Below the pieces are notes generated by a model. That model had not been told where the DNA came from and made no database searches. It saw only the letters and a list, made by a program, of their open reading frames with translations. This document shows positions 25,831 through 33,960 of a stretch of DNA of 36,624 nt, in pieces; position 1 is the stretch's first letter; the number at the start of each line of letters is the position of its first letter. Made by a program: the position numbers and the translations under genes. The DNA is from Thermoplasmata archaeon. GTDB lineage: Archaea; Thermoplasmatota; Thermoplasmata; Lutacidiplasmatales; UBA184. The DNA is taken from the NCBI GenBank assembly GCA_049582265.1, contig JBAUTP010000288.1, positions 1-36,624 on the forward strand. Reading direction: 5' to 3'.

Positions 25831-26277
25831 ATGCGTGCCACCGACTCCTCACCGCCGGTTCGGATCCTCGTGGCCGACGACAATCCCGGAGACGTCCGCC
25901 TCATCCTCGAGGTGCTGCAGGAGAGCAAGATCGCGAACCAGGTCGATGTGGTACGCGACGGCGTCGAGGCGATGGAGCACCTCCGTCAGACCGGGGGCCA
26001 CGCCGGGGCCCAACGACCCGTCTTGGTCCTGTTGGACCTCAGCATGCCACGGAAGGATGGACGTGAGGTATTGGCCGAGATCAAGGACGACGCGGACCTC
26101 CGCCGAATCCCGGTCATCATCATGACGACATCGGCGGCCGACGAGGACGTGATCCTCGCGTATGACAACCATGCCAATTGCTATATTCGTAAGCCGGTCG
26201 ATTTCGAACAGCTCCGCTCGGTCGTCCAGAAGATCGAGAGCTTCTGGTTCACGGTCGTCACGCTACCGAGCCATTAG
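25831..26277 (+). CDS. single-domain response regulator (CheY-like receiver)
   Basis: 148 aa: ILVADDNPGD, phospho-acceptor region LVLLDLSMPRKDG, MTTS, and YIRKP. Confidence 0.9.
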   Translation: MRATDSSPPVRILVADDNPGDVRLILEVLQESKIANQVDVVRDGVEAMEHLRQTGGHAGAQRPVLVLLDLSMPRKDGREVLAEIKDDADLRRIPVIIMTTSAADEDVILAYDNHANCYIRKPVDFEQLRSVVQKIESFWFTVVTLPSH

Positions 26278-26324
26278 CCGGGGATCGTCCTCATCCCATC
26301 TGGGAGGGCGCGGTGCCGGTCGTT

Positions 26325-26744
26325 TCAGCCGGCGAGTCCCAGCCGGTCCACCAAGGCACTGAACTCGGTAAGCTTCACGGGTTTTCGTAGGAACCCTTCC
26401 GCGTGGAAATTGAAGGCCAAAAGGACATCTTCATCGGCGGGGGAGGAAGTGAAGATGACGAGCGGAATCCCGTTAAGCCGAAGGTCGCTACGAACCTCTG
26501 CCAGGACCTGCCGCCCATCCATGCCGGGCAGATTGAGGTCCAGGAGGACGATGTCAGGACGTGGGACCTGGGGGAACTCCCCCTCGCGTCGCATGTATCG
26601 TAGAGCGCCGGCACCGTCCGGAACGACCGCGACATCGATCGGCCAGGGGCCCCCACGGAGCATCTCTTCCAGCAGGCGAGCATCCCCCCGATTGTCCTCA
26701 ACGAGAAGGAGGTGAAGGCGGGTGCGTCCCGTACTCTCCTCCAT
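26325..26744 (-). CDS. single-domain response regulator (CheY-like receiver)
   Basis: Start taken at ATG 26744 (MEESTGRTRLHLLLVEDNRGD...). Also IVLLDLNLPGMDG, IFTSS and FLRKP. The upstream 37 codons of the track ORF are unconvincing. Confidence 0.85.
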   Translation of the reverse strand: MEESTGRTRLHLLLVEDNRGDARLLEEMLRGGPWPIDVAVVPDGAGALRYMRREGEFPQVPRPDIVLLDLNLPGMDGRQVLAEVRSDLRLNGIPLVIFTSSPADEDVLLAFNFHAEGFLRKPVKLTEFSALVDRLGLAG

Positions 26745-26986
26745 GCCGGTTCCGGGAAGCCATAGAGGTGCTCCACTAAACCCCATCGTCTCGAGTGGAA
26801 GGCTGACACACCGAATGGCTCCCTTCCCCCGGACCGGAGGGGATCGTCGAATCAACGCATGCCCTATCGAAGATCGGGAGGGTGAGGAAGGGCTCTCGTG
26901 GTGATGGCGGATGGGGAGCCCGGGACAGGGTCGCGCGTTCCCGCCCGCTAGGGCTTATTCCATGGGCACGGCTAGAGTCACGATCG

Positions 26987-27529
26987 ATGCCGGCCTACGT
27001 CGCCCTCCTTCGAGCGGTCAATCTGGCGGGTTTCGCCCAGGTGCGCATGAGCGACCTGCAGGCCTGCCTTTCCGCCGCACGGTTCGAAAACGTCCGCACA
27101 CTCTTACCATCCGGCAACGTCGTGTTCCGTTCTGACACCGGCAGACCCATCGTCATTGAGCAACAAATCGAGCGGGCGATCGCGGCGTCGTTGGGTCTTC
27201 GCACGGAAGTGTTCGTCCGCACCAAGGCGGAGTGGGGAGGGATCATGGCTCAGAATCCCTTTCCCCGCGAGGCCCTCCGGGACCCGAGCCACCTCACCGT
27301 TCTCGTGCTCAAGGAGGCCCCGCCGGATCGCGCGTGGGCGGAGCTGCAGTCGACGATCACCGGCCGCGAGTTGGTGCGGGGGTTGGGCCGGCACGGCTAT
27401 GTGACGTACCCTGACGGCATCGGCCGTTCGCGCCTCACCCCCAAGCGGCTGGAACGGGCGCTCGGTACGCGAGGGACGACCCGCAACTGGAATACGGTCA
27501 CCAAGCTGGGCTCCCTCGTCGCCCAGTAG
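26987..27529 (+). CDS. DUF1697 family protein
   Basis: ATG 26987 (MPAYVALLRAVNLAG...VRMSDL...F.NVRT.L.SGNVVF) matches the DUF1697 N-terminal pattern; 180 aa. Confidence 0.8.
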   Translation: MPAYVALLRAVNLAGFAQVRMSDLQACLSAARFENVRTLLPSGNVVFRSDTGRPIVIEQQIERAIAASLGLRTEVFVRTKAEWGGIMAQNPFPREALRDPSHLTVLVLKEAPPDRAWAELQSTITGRELVRGLGRHGYVTYPDGIGRSRLTPKRLERALGTRGTTRNWNTVTKLGSLVAQ

Positions 27530-27572
27530 GAGATGCTCGGCGCTCCGCCATTCCGACGTGCGGCGGGGGCGG

Positions 27573-28514
27573 TCACGCGACCCCGGGAAGGGTGAGCTCG
27601 CCCTCGGTCATGGGAGCGAAAAACCCTCCGACACGCACCTGGGTGACCCGCTCCCCCGCGCGCTCGGCCCGGGCAAAGATGCGGCTGGGTCGATGAACTT
27701 CCAACCCCTGCTCGATCTGGACCGTGGATCCCGAAGGAACGAGGTCCCAGCGGACCATCCATGCCGCCGCCGGGCCAGCCGCGGAACCCGTGGCCGGATC
27801 GTCGCCCCCGTAGAACACCATGCGTGCGTGAAGCTGCGCATCGGAATCAACCGTCTCCCGACACACGGCATAGACGAATCGCGCGTCCGAGCCGCGCAAG
27901 TAGCTCTCCATCCGTTCCCAGGAGGGGGACCAGCGTTGGAGTGTCTCCAGCCGGGCGAAAGGCACGATGGCGACCGGGTTTCCCGTCGACACCGTCTGAA
28001 TCGGCGGTTCTATCTCGATCTCATCGGATGTGACTCCGATCGCCTCCGCCACACGGTCTCGGTCGTGTACCCGGCCGAACACGGGGTCGATCTGCGTCAT
28101 TTCTCCGAAGGCTCGGCCGCCTCGTTGGGAGAATCGTACCGGAATGGTGCCGACATTCAGTTCCAGGTTCACCTCGTCACCTGCACCGCGTGCACGTAAC
28201 ACGGCGGCGGTTCCCAGGGTGGGATGGCCCGCGAACGGCATCTCTTCTCCGGTGGTGAAGATACGAGTTCGGATCCCTCGAACACGTTCTACCGCCGCCT
28301 CGCGACGGAAGACAAACGTGGTTTCGGATAAATGGAACTCCCGCGCAATGGCGAGCATTTCCCCTTCGGTGAGTCCGGTGACGTCCGGAAGGACGGCCAA
28401 CGAGTTCCCTTCCAAGGGTCGAGTGGTGAACACATCGACCGTCGCAAAGGCCAATCGACGCGCGGACCTGTAGGTGCTGTCAGGATCCCCGAGTTTCTCC
28501 GGCATCGATGCCAC
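27573..28514 (-). CDS. PhzF-family isomerase-like protein
   Basis: 313 aa from GTG 28514, or ATG 28505. Motifs: F.TVDVFT..P..GN.LAV, E.TF, FAGHPT.G, ARMF and GEDPATGSA-like GDDPATGSAAG. It lies 14 nt downstream of the HxlR gene on the same strand. Confidence 0.9.
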   Translation of the reverse strand: MASMPEKLGDPDSTYRSARRLAFATVDVFTTRPLEGNSLAVLPDVTGLTEGEMLAIAREFHLSETTFVFRREAAVERVRGIRTRIFTTGEEMPFAGHPTLGTAAVLRARGAGDEVNLELNVGTIPVRFSQRGGRAFGEMTQIDPVFGRVHDRDRVAEAIGVTSDEIEIEPPIQTVSTGNPVAIVPFARLETLQRWSPSWERMESYLRGSDARFVYAVCRETVDSDAQLHARMVFYGGDDPATGSAAGPAAAWMVRWDLVPSGSTVQIEQGLEVHRPSRIFARAERAGERVTQVRVGGFFAPMTEGELTLPGVA

Positions 28515-28528
28515 GCGCAGACGAACGT

Positions 28529-29056
28529 TCAGGCGGGCAGAGAGGCCGGCGTTTGCCGCGCGGGCACGGTGGAGTGGGCTCCTCGACCCTGCCTTCGAGC
28601 TCGGGCCAGGCTTGGCCGAGCTGCGGCCGTCATCTCCTTCAGGATCTTTCGAATGTACGCCGCTTCAAACACATCACTCAACGAACGAGCTCTTCGATCC
28701 GCGAAGACCTCTTCCGCGTACCACTTCGATCCAAAATGAACGAGGGCCATCAGGATTGGGAGGGCGTCCTCTCCTTTCTCGGTGAGTCCCCACTTGGTGT
28801 AACTTCGGCCGCGTTCCTCGGCCCGGATGAATCCACCATGCGCCAGCTCCTTGAGACGCATGGCCAGAACTCGCTTGCTCAAACCGGGAGTGATTCGCAG
28901 CATCTCGTTGAAACGCTGGACCCGATAGAGACCAATGTCCCGAAGGATGAGGAGAGCCCATTTGCGGCCGAGGACGTCCAGGCTGGCCTTGACGGGGCAG
29001 CCGGCAAATGAGACCCTCAGTTCGGGCGGAGGGGCGCGGTCCGGTTGTTGAGCCAT
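28529..29056 (-). CDS. HxlR-type winged-helix transcriptional regulator with C-terminal extension
   Basis: 175 aa. CPVKASLDVLGRKWALLILRDI....RFNEM......SKRVLAMRLKELAHGGFI is the canonical HxlR pattern. Confidence 0.88.
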   Translation of the reverse strand: MAQQPDRAPPPELRVSFAGCPVKASLDVLGRKWALLILRDIGLYRVQRFNEMLRITPGLSKRVLAMRLKELAHGGFIRAEERGRSYTKWGLTEKGEDALPILMALVHFGSKWYAEEVFADRRARSLSDVFEAAYIRKILKEMTAAARPSLARARRQGRGAHSTVPARQTPASLPA

Positions 29057-29084
29057 ACAGGTATTCTTTCACTCACCTACCTGT
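29057..29084. promoter_or_regulatory. perfect 7-bp inverted repeat ACAGGTA-N14-TACCTGT abutting the hxlR start codon (candidate operator)
   Basis: Read directly from the sequence. It sits in the hxlR / BNR-gene divergent spacer and overlaps the position expected for a leaderless hxlR promoter. Confidence 0.35.
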
Positions 29085-29269
29085 TCAAATGGTTTAGCTG
29101 TGGTACCCGCTCCAGGGAGCGAACTGAGTTGCGAGCTGAAACGAGGCGCGGGGTGATTCGACGTTCGCCCACCAGGATCGACGCACAAGGGCCCGTCTCG
29201 CACCTGGGACCGGGTGCGAAGGGGTTTTCTCATTCCCAGGATACGTGTACCTTCGTAGGTTAGTGCGTC

Positions 29270-30400
29270 ATGGCAGACAAGAAACTACGCATTCTGGTCG
29301 GTACCCGGAAGGGCGCCTATGTTGTCGAGGGCGATGCTTCGCGCAAGAAGTGGAAGGTCGGAGCGCCCTTCCAACATGGCACCGAGGTCTTCCATATGGT
29401 AGCGGATCCGCGTCATCCCGGTGACCTCTACGCGTGCGTCAATTCCTGGCTGTGGGGACCCGTCCTCTATCGCTCGCGCGACTACGGGAAGAAGTGGTCC
29501 GAGATCGGGACCCCCATGATGGCTTCCACGAAGACGAGGCCGCCACGTTTTGACGGGAACCCCGACACCCCGGCCCCCACCTACGCCGTGGCGAACCTGT
29601 GGCATCTCGAACCCGGGCACGAGAGCGAACCGAAGACGCTCTTCCTGGGGTTGGATCCGTACTCGTTGCATCGAAGCGATGACCTAGGGGATACATGGAC
29701 ACCCGTCCCGGGCTTGAACGACCATCCCACGAAATCGAAGTGGAACCCGGGCAACGGTGGTCCCTGTCTACATACGATCCTCGTTGACCCCTCTCATCCC
29801 CAACGCATTTACGCAGGGATCTCGGCCGCGGGAGTCTTCCGCTCGGATAACGGCGGGGAAACCTGGGCTCTCGCGAACCAGGGGGTCGAGACCCCTTTCC
29901 AGCCCGTCAAGTACCCCGAAGTCGGACAGTGTGTTCATAAGGTCGCCCTCGACCCGACGAAGCCGGACACACTGTACCGTCAGGACCACGGGGGGATCTA
30001 CGTGAGCCACAACGCCGGCGATAAGTGGCAACGGATCGGGAAGTCACTGGACGACGACTTCGGTTTTGTCGTGGCGACGGCGAAAAGCCTTCCGGGACGG
30101 GCGTTCTTTGTGCCCCTCGCGGGTGAGGCCCGACTGACCTTCCGCGGAGGGTTCCAGGTGTATGAGTGGAACGAGTCCACCAAGAAGTGGAGGACGCTCA
30201 TGTCGCCGACCCGATTCCCCGGAGAGTTCGGAACCCATCGGGAAGGCATGGCGTGTGATGCCCTCGACCCCGCCGGTATCTATGTGGGGACGACGACCGG
30301 CCAGTTATTCATGTCCCCGAATGCGGGCAAGACCTGGGACGAGTTACCCTTCCAATTCCCGTCGATACACTCGGTCTCCGTGGCGAACCCCTCTTCGTGA
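29270..30400 (+). CDS. BNR/Asp-box repeat beta-propeller protein (sialidase-fold, function unknown), paralogue A
   Basis: 376 aa with five Asp-box-like motifs (SRDYGKKW, SDDLGDTW, SDNGGETW, SHNAGDKW, SPNAGKTW). No signal peptide. Confidence 0.85.
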   Translation: MADKKLRILVGTRKGAYVVEGDASRKKWKVGAPFQHGTEVFHMVADPRHPGDLYACVNSWLWGPVLYRSRDYGKKWSEIGTPMMASTKTRPPRFDGNPDTPAPTYAVANLWHLEPGHESEPKTLFLGLDPYSLHRSDDLGDTWTPVPGLNDHPTKSKWNPGNGGPCLHTILVDPSHPQRIYAGISAAGVFRSDNGGETWALANQGVETPFQPVKYPEVGQCVHKVALDPTKPDTLYRQDHGGIYVSHNAGDKWQRIGKSLDDDFGFVVATAKSLPGRAFFVPLAGEARLTFRGGFQVYEWNESTKKWRTLMSPTRFPGEFGTHREGMACDALDPAGIYVGTTTGQLFMSPNAGKTWDELPFQFPSIHSVSVANPSS

Positions 30401-31391
30401 GGGCCACCCGACCTCGATCGAAGCCTGAATGACGATCGCGTGACGACCTTCGGAATGAAACTCCGTTTCGAAGGTCGGACGACGTCCCGCGGGCGGGTCG
30501 TTTGACGGTAGAGAAATCGGAGCGAGGAGCCTCGTAGCGACCTCGAACGGCCGTGATGAGCCTGACGTTCAACGGAATTCGTACCGATTCGCCATCGTAG
30601 AACCTACGGAACCCCTCCGCCATCTCCTGCCACGCGCGGTCGCGAGCCGGAGCCGAAAGAGCGTCAATGAGGGGGCGATTGTAGAACGCCCCTGAGGTCC
30701 ACTCCTCTCTCACTTCCTCCGGGGTTCCCTTCCCGACCCAGTCCGGGAACCGGTGTTGGTCCTGGACCATCGTGAAACCCGCGTTCGCGAGCTCGGATTC
30801 GAGCTCGCCCCTCTCGGCGAATCGGAAAGGGGCCGACTGGTTCTTGGGAAGGTCACTCCACCCCAGGTGGCGCACGAGGACCCCGAGGGTGCACCGGAAA
30901 TAGGGTTGGTCAACCGGACCCCACACCATGAGCGTGATGCGGCCCTTCGGACGGAGTACCCGACGAACTTCGTGAAGGGCCCGGGGCAGGTCCTCGAAAT
31001 ACATGGCGCCGAATCGGCTCACCGCCCGGTCGAAGGTTCCCTCCGGGAACGGCAGGTCCTCGGCGTTGGCGCACTGGAACTCAACGTTGGTGAGCCTTGC
31101 CCGACTTGCCCTCTCTCGCGCGACTCCGAGCGCGCCGTCCGACACGTCGATCCCCACAACGTGACCTCCGGGGGAAATCCGAGCGGCGACCTCGAGAGTA
31201 GGATCTCCGGAGCCACACGCAAGGTCAAGCACGTCAAGTCCTGGTTCCATGCCCGCCATTTCCACGAGGACCAGCGTCTCGGCACGGGAGGATGCCGAGA
31301 GGCGATCCGCGTTCGCTCGGAGATTGGAGATACGCGCTTCGCTCGCCCAATCGGGAGGCTCGAACGTGGGGGGTTCGTCAGGGGAACTCAT
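30309..31391 (-). CDS. class I SAM-dependent methyltransferase (3' end uncertain)
   Basis: Motif I VLDLACGSGDPT, then GIDVS, NAEDLPF and a LRPKGRITLMVW post-motif. The domain looks complete by residue ~284 (near 30540). The remaining 76 aa are Arg/Ser-rich and overlap the convergent gene by 92 nt. Confidence 0.85.
   Translation of the reverse strand: MSSPDEPPTFEPPDWASEARISNLRANADRLSASSRAETLVLVEMAGMEPGLDVLDLACGSGDPTLEVAARISPGGHVVGIDVSDGALGVARERASRARLTNVEFQCANAEDLPFPEGTFDRAVSRFGAMYFEDLPRALHEVRRVLRPKGRITLMVWGPVDQPYFRCTLGVLVRHLGWSDLPKNQSAPFRFAERGELESELANAGFTMVQDQHRFPDWVGKGTPEEVREEWTSGAFYNRPLIDALSAPARDRAWQEMAEGFRRFYDGESVRIPLNVRLITAVRGRYEAPRSDFSTVKRPARGTSSDLRNGVSFRRSSRDRHSGFDRGRVALTKRGSPRRPSVSTGIGRVTRPRSCPHSGT
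30444..30477. other. 14-bp stem / 6-nt loop hairpin between convergent genes
   Basis: CGACCTTCGGAATG-aaactc-CGTTTCGAAGGTCG (two G-T wobbles), 44 nt after the paralogue-A stop. It lies inside the suspicious C-terminal tail of the methyltransferase ORF. Confidence 0.4.
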
Positions 31392-31611
31392 CTTCGCGGG
31401 TCCGGGGTCTTCCCCACAGCCCTATGACGGTTCCGGGGCTCGAGATGGGGAACGGAGGTAGGCCGTAGGCGTGACGCACCGTACGACGTCGGCACTGGCT
31501 GCCGCCCGGAGGGGCGGCTTTCGGGGCCTCCGTGCGGGGAGCTGCTTCTAGAGCAAATGGCCCCAACGGGCCGCCGGGTTTCGTTCGGGCGGCGTTTTCC
31601 ATCAACGCAGC

Positions 31612-31617
31612 TATAAT
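31612..31617 (+). promoter_or_regulatory. TATAAT box upstream of BNR paralogue B
   Basis: An isolated AT-rich hexamer 57-62 nt upstream of ATG 31674. Confidence 0.3.
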
Positions 31618-31673
31618 ACGCCGCAACCGCTCGACTCCAAGGCTGTCGAACAGAGTCGGGCACGGCAATCAAC

Positions 31674-32804
31674 ATGGCAAGCAAGAAAGTGCGGATCCTG
31701 GTAGGAACGCGAAAAGGAGGTTACATCCTCGAAGGGGACGTCGCGCGGAAGAAATGGAAGCTTGCGTCTCGGTTTGAATCGGGCTACGAAGTCTTCCATA
31801 TGACCGCCGACCCGCGTCATCCCGGTGACATCTACGCCTGCGTAAATTCGTGGCTCTGGGGTCCGGCTCTCTACCGGTCCCATGACTTCGGGAAGAAGTG
31901 GGACGAGATTGGTACCCCCATGCTCGAAGCGAAAGCGGCCCGGCGGCCTCGATTCGACCCGGAGCACCCCGACGCGCCTCCCCCGGAATATCCCGTGGCG
32001 AACCTCTGGCACCTTGAGCCAGGCCATCCCAGCGAGCCCGATACGCTCTTCCTGGGCATCGACCCCTATTCCTTGCACCGGAGCGACGATCGGGGAGCCA
32101 CTTGGGAGCCGGTCGTAGGTCTCAACGAGCATCCGACGAAGGCGAAGTGGAACGCCGGGAATGGAGGACCGTGCCTGCACACTATCCTCATGGATCCCAC
32201 CCGTCGCAATCGCATCTACGCCGGGATCTCGGCCGCCGGGTTGTTCCGGTCGGACGACGGGGGGAAGAATTGGGCACTGGCGAACCAAGGGGTCGAGACC
32301 CCGTTCAGTCCGGAGAGGTTCCCTGAGGTCGGACAGTGCGTGCACAAGGTCGCTCTCGACACGGCGAAGCCGGACACCCTGTATCGCCAGGATCATGGCG
32401 GCATCTACGTGAGCCGTAACGCTGGGGACCGGTGGGAGCGGATCGGGAAGTCTCTGGACGACGACTTCGGCTTCGTGGTCGCGACGGCCCAGAACCTTCC
32501 GGGTCGGGCCTTCTTCGTACCGGTCCACAGCGAGAACCGTCTCACGTACCGCGGTGGCTTTCAGGTCTATCAGTGGAACGAATCGACCCAGAAATGGAGC
32601 ACACTCATGCCGCCCACCCGATTCCCGGGCGACTTTGGGACGCATCGGGAGGGGATGGCGTGTGATACAATCGCCCCGACCGGTATCTACGTCGGTACCA
32701 CTACCGGTCAGCTCTTCGTCTCGCCCGATGCGGGCAAGACCTGGCAGCAGGCTCCGTTCCAGTTCCCATCGATCCACTCAGTCGCTGTGGCTGGCCCCGG
32801 ATAG
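31674..32804 (+). CDS. BNR/Asp-box repeat beta-propeller protein, paralogue B
   Basis: 376 aa, the same length as paralogue A and colinear with it without gaps. Roughly three quarters of the residues are identical by eye, with the same Asp-box positions. Confidence 0.85.
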   Translation: MASKKVRILVGTRKGGYILEGDVARKKWKLASRFESGYEVFHMTADPRHPGDIYACVNSWLWGPALYRSHDFGKKWDEIGTPMLEAKAARRPRFDPEHPDAPPPEYPVANLWHLEPGHPSEPDTLFLGIDPYSLHRSDDRGATWEPVVGLNEHPTKAKWNAGNGGPCLHTILMDPTRRNRIYAGISAAGLFRSDDGGKNWALANQGVETPFSPERFPEVGQCVHKVALDTAKPDTLYRQDHGGIYVSRNAGDRWERIGKSLDDDFGFVVATAQNLPGRAFFVPVHSENRLTYRGGFQVYQWNESTQKWSTLMPPTRFPGDFGTHREGMACDTIAPTGIYVGTTTGQLFVSPDAGKTWQQAPFQFPSIHSVAVAGPG

Positions 32805-32883
32805 CGACACCGCAGTCGACTCACGGGCGAACCGAGAAGGGGGATGGTTCACGGAGCGGCCCGCTCGAGCCCGGAACCTTAAC

Positions 32884-33915
32884 GTGACGGCCGAGCCTCG
32901 TAGAGACGTGCCCGATGGCTCCCGCCGGCTCGCCGCGATCATGTTCACGGATATGGTCGGGTTCACCTCGATCGCCCAACGGGACGAGGACTCCGCCTTC
33001 CGCCTTCTCGAAGAGCACCGGTCGCTGCTCGGACCGTTGTTCTCGGAACACGGAGGACGCGTGATCAAGACCATGGGTGACGGGTTCCTGGTAGAATTCG
33101 CGAGCGCGCTCGAATCCGTGCGGTGCGCCCAACGGATCCAGGACGTCCTTCGGTCGCGCAACGCGTCCGCGGGGTCTCTCGAGAAGATCCGCCTCAGGAT
33201 CGGGATCCATGTCGGTGATATCATCGACCGAGGGGGCGACATTGTCGGGGACGCGGTCAACGTCGCCTCGCGTCTCGAACCCCTAGCTGACCCCGGAGGC
33301 ATTTGCGTCTCCGAACAGGTCCTCGACCAGATCCACAACAAACTGCCTCTGAACTGGCAACCCGTCGTGGCCCCGTACCTGAAGAACGTCGAGTTCCCTA
33401 GCCGCATCTTCCGTCTCGAGATCTTAGCGGAGGGCGCCAAGAGCTCTCTGCCTCCGAAGGAACCCGGATCCTACGTGCGCGTCGCGGTCCTACCCTTCGC
33501 GAGCATGAGCCCCGACCCCGCCGACGAGTTCTTCGCGGATGGCATGACCGAGGAGATGATCATGCACCTTTCCCGAGGAACGGGGTTGCGGGTCGTGGCG
33601 CGCACCTCCGTGATGCCCTACAAGGGCATTGTGAAGGGGATTCGAGAGATCGGCCGTGAGCTAGCGGTAGGTTCGATCCTCGAGGGAAGCGTCCGTCGCT
33701 CCCAGAACAAGCTACGGATCTCGGTCCAGCTCATCGACGCGGGGACCGAAGAGCACCTTTGGGTCGACCGATTCGACCGTGAGTTGACGGACGTGCTCGC
33801 GATCCAGGAGGAGATCGCACGGTCGGTGTCGAAGGTGCTCCAGGGGAAGCTCGTCACTCGGATCCCTCCCGGGTTTAGGCGTCCCATCTCACGAGGCGCA
33901 CCGGCGCTTCGCTAA
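32884..33915 (+). CDS. class III adenylate/guanylate cyclase with C-terminal TolB-N-like module
   Basis: Canonical motifs AAIMFTDMVGFT, IKTMGDGFLVEF, RIGIHVGD and GDAVNVASRLE. The C-terminal VAVLPFASMSPDP..EFFADGMTEE...ILEGSVRRSQNKLRISVQLID module is seen from memory in bacterial cyclase/TPR proteins. The track ORF start (32554) lies inside the previous gene. GTG 32884 (or 32908) is the first plausible start. Confidence 0.85.
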   Translation: MTAEPRRDVPDGSRRLAAIMFTDMVGFTSIAQRDEDSAFRLLEEHRSLLGPLFSEHGGRVIKTMGDGFLVEFASALESVRCAQRIQDVLRSRNASAGSLEKIRLRIGIHVGDIIDRGGDIVGDAVNVASRLEPLADPGGICVSEQVLDQIHNKLPLNWQPVVAPYLKNVEFPSRIFRLEILAEGAKSSLPPKEPGSYVRVAVLPFASMSPDPADEFFADGMTEEMIMHLSRGTGLRVVARTSVMPYKGIVKGIREIGRELAVGSILEGSVRRSQNKLRISVQLIDAGTEEHLWVDRFDRELTDVLAIQEEIARSVSKVLQGKLVTRIPPGFRRPISRGAPALR

Positions 33916-33960
33916 GGAACGATCCCGCGCCCGGGCTCTCAGCGCGACCGTTAGGGGTCC

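Noticed and set aside
31501-31522. GCCGCCC-ggag-GGGCGGC hairpin followed by TTTC (terminator-like, + strand)
   Set aside because: No + strand gene ends upstream of it. It sits in the divergent spacer between the methyltransferase and BNR paralogue B. It may be structural noise in GC-rich DNA.
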